The notes beneath the pieces were generated by a model. That model was not told where the DNA came from. It made no database searches and saw only the letters and a list, made by a program, of their open reading frames with translations. From IMG/VR virus record IMGVR_UViG_3300037067_002168, positions 24,189 to 88,188 of that record: a stretch of DNA of 64,000 nucleotides. One strand, given 5' to 3'. Of this stretch, positions 63,020 through 64,000 are shown one piece after another. Position 1 is the first letter of the stretch. Each line of letters begins with the position of its first letter. Made by a program: the position numbers and the translations under genes. This stretch comes from a virus (taxonomy: Duplodnaviria > Caudoviricetes).

Positions 63020-64000
63020 AATATCTGGGATCAAACAACCAAATGGCTTGTTTTATGCTAAATGTCCGCAGTGCGGATTCGTCGAAATATGCCACAAACC
63101 ATTTGCCTCTCACCGATGTCACAAAAACGCAGAACCAACAAGTGAAGTAAAACCAAACGATTCGTTTTGTACTTTTAGTGTTGGCGACCACCTCCACGCC
63201 CTCATTCGCAAATACTTCGGAGAGTCGGCATCGCTATCGTGCGGGTGTGAATCGAAGATCGCGGAAATGAATGCCCTTGGTCCTGTCGGAGTGCGGGAGC
63301 GGATCGACGAATATGTGGGAGTGCTTGCCGAAAGTGCGAACAAACAAAACTGGTTTGCAGAACCGGTCGATGGAAAGAAGCGGTTGCGCTGGTGGAAGTT
63401 TTTCAGTGGGCTACCCGGCCGCGACATAGCCATCAAACAGCTCATTCTCCATGCCTGCCGCCTGACAGAAAAAGACATCGTGAAAAATCTCGCCGAGACA
63501 TTCGACCGCGTGGTGGTTGTGAACCTCAAACGGCGAGCCGACAGGCTTGAATCATTCCAAGATGAGTTGAAAGCCAAGGGATGGCCGTTCAAAATGCCGG
63601 AAGTATTCGAGGCCATCGACGGCGACCGGCTGCCGCTGCCTGAAAAATGGGACCAAGGGGGCGGGGCGTTCGGATGTTTGCAATCGCATCGGCAGATACT
63701 TGAACGTGCAATCATGGATGGTATTGACCGACTACTGGTGCTTGAGGACGATATGGTCCTGGCCGACGACTTCACAAAAGAGATAACGGACTTCCTTCTG
63801 AAAGTCCCCGGCAGTTGGGACGGCCTGATGATCGGCGGTCAACACTCCGGCGGCATCGAGCCCGACCGCGTTCGGCCAGGCGTCGTCCGCTGCCTCAATA
63901 CCCAGCGGACACACGCCTACGCCGTTTGTGGCGGGTACATGCAGGCACTCTACAAGCTATGGACCGAACACACCAACGCCCCCTATGGCCATGCCGATTG
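62979..64000 (+). CDS. Cys-rich domain fused to a GT25 glycosyltransferase (runs off the window; absent from ORF track)
   Basis: Open frame from ATG 62979; [44 protein letters not shown] are GT25 motifs. Confidence 0.88.
   Translation, partial: MATIYKTEHLLFRKISGIKQPNGLFYAKCPQCGFVEICHKPFASHRCHKNAEPTSEVKPNDSFCTFSVGDHLHALIRKYFGESASLSCGCESKIAEMNALGPVGVRERIDEYVGVLAESANKQNWFAEPVDGKKRLRWWKFFSGLPGRDIAIKQLILHACRLTEKDIVKNLAETFDRVVVVNLKRRADRLESFQDELKAKGWPFKMPEVFEAIDGDRLPLPEKWDQGGGAFGCLQSHRQILERAIMDGIDRLLVLEDDMVLADDFTKEITDFLLKVPGSWDGLMIGGQHSGGIEPDRVRPGVVRCLNTQRTHAYAVCGGYMQALYKLWTEHTNAPYGHAD

Noticed and set aside
1-64000. tRNA, rRNA, integrase/att site, diversity-generating retroelement, phage RNA polymerase
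   Set aside because: No T-loop/anticodon cloverleaf, recombinase, reverse transcriptase or RNAP motifs found by eye; tRNAscan-SE and HMM scans would be needed for certainty

Overview
The window is a contiguous 64-kb piece of a tailed dsDNA phage genome with an HK97-fold head and a long non-contractile tail; no integrase is visible. The likely host is a planctomycete, inferred mainly from the CsrA sequence type. Almost every gene is on the + strand. Layout: (1) 0.3-10.2 kb, recombination and replication genes (PD-(D/E)XK exonuclease, AAA_24 ATPase, CsrA, SSB-like protein, B12-dependent radical SAM enzyme, DNA methyltransferase, family A DNA polymerase). (2) 10.7-20.1 kb, a thymidine-hypermodification cluster of the Pseudomonas phage M6/YuA type: 5-hmdU DNA kinase helical domain, two P-loop kinases, radical SAM, amino acid:DNA transferase, PLP enzyme, dUMP hydroxymethylase split by an HNH intein at its catalytic Cys, and MazG. 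The only minus-strand gene, a histone-H1-like repeat protein, interrupts this cluster. (3) Primase-helicase and small accessory ORFs to 26 kb. (4) UDP-sugar dehydrogenase, terminase, a cysteine-peptidase-based putative lysis/secreted module and a 1396-aa carbohydrate-binding protein. (5) Head genes, in which portal, MuF and prohead protease carry motif-tagged cargo domains, including two ADP-ribosyltransferase-like domains. (6) Tail genes with a canonical -1 frameshift, two long poly-serine proteins and a GT25 glycosyltransferase fusion running off the right end. The most promising new biology is a possible virion O-glycosylation system (poly-Ser scaffolds + GT25 + UDP-sugar dehydrogenase), a variant DNA hypermodification pathway with extra enzymes, and a protease-released head-cargo tag. 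All family assignments come from motif recognition by eye; no database search was run.
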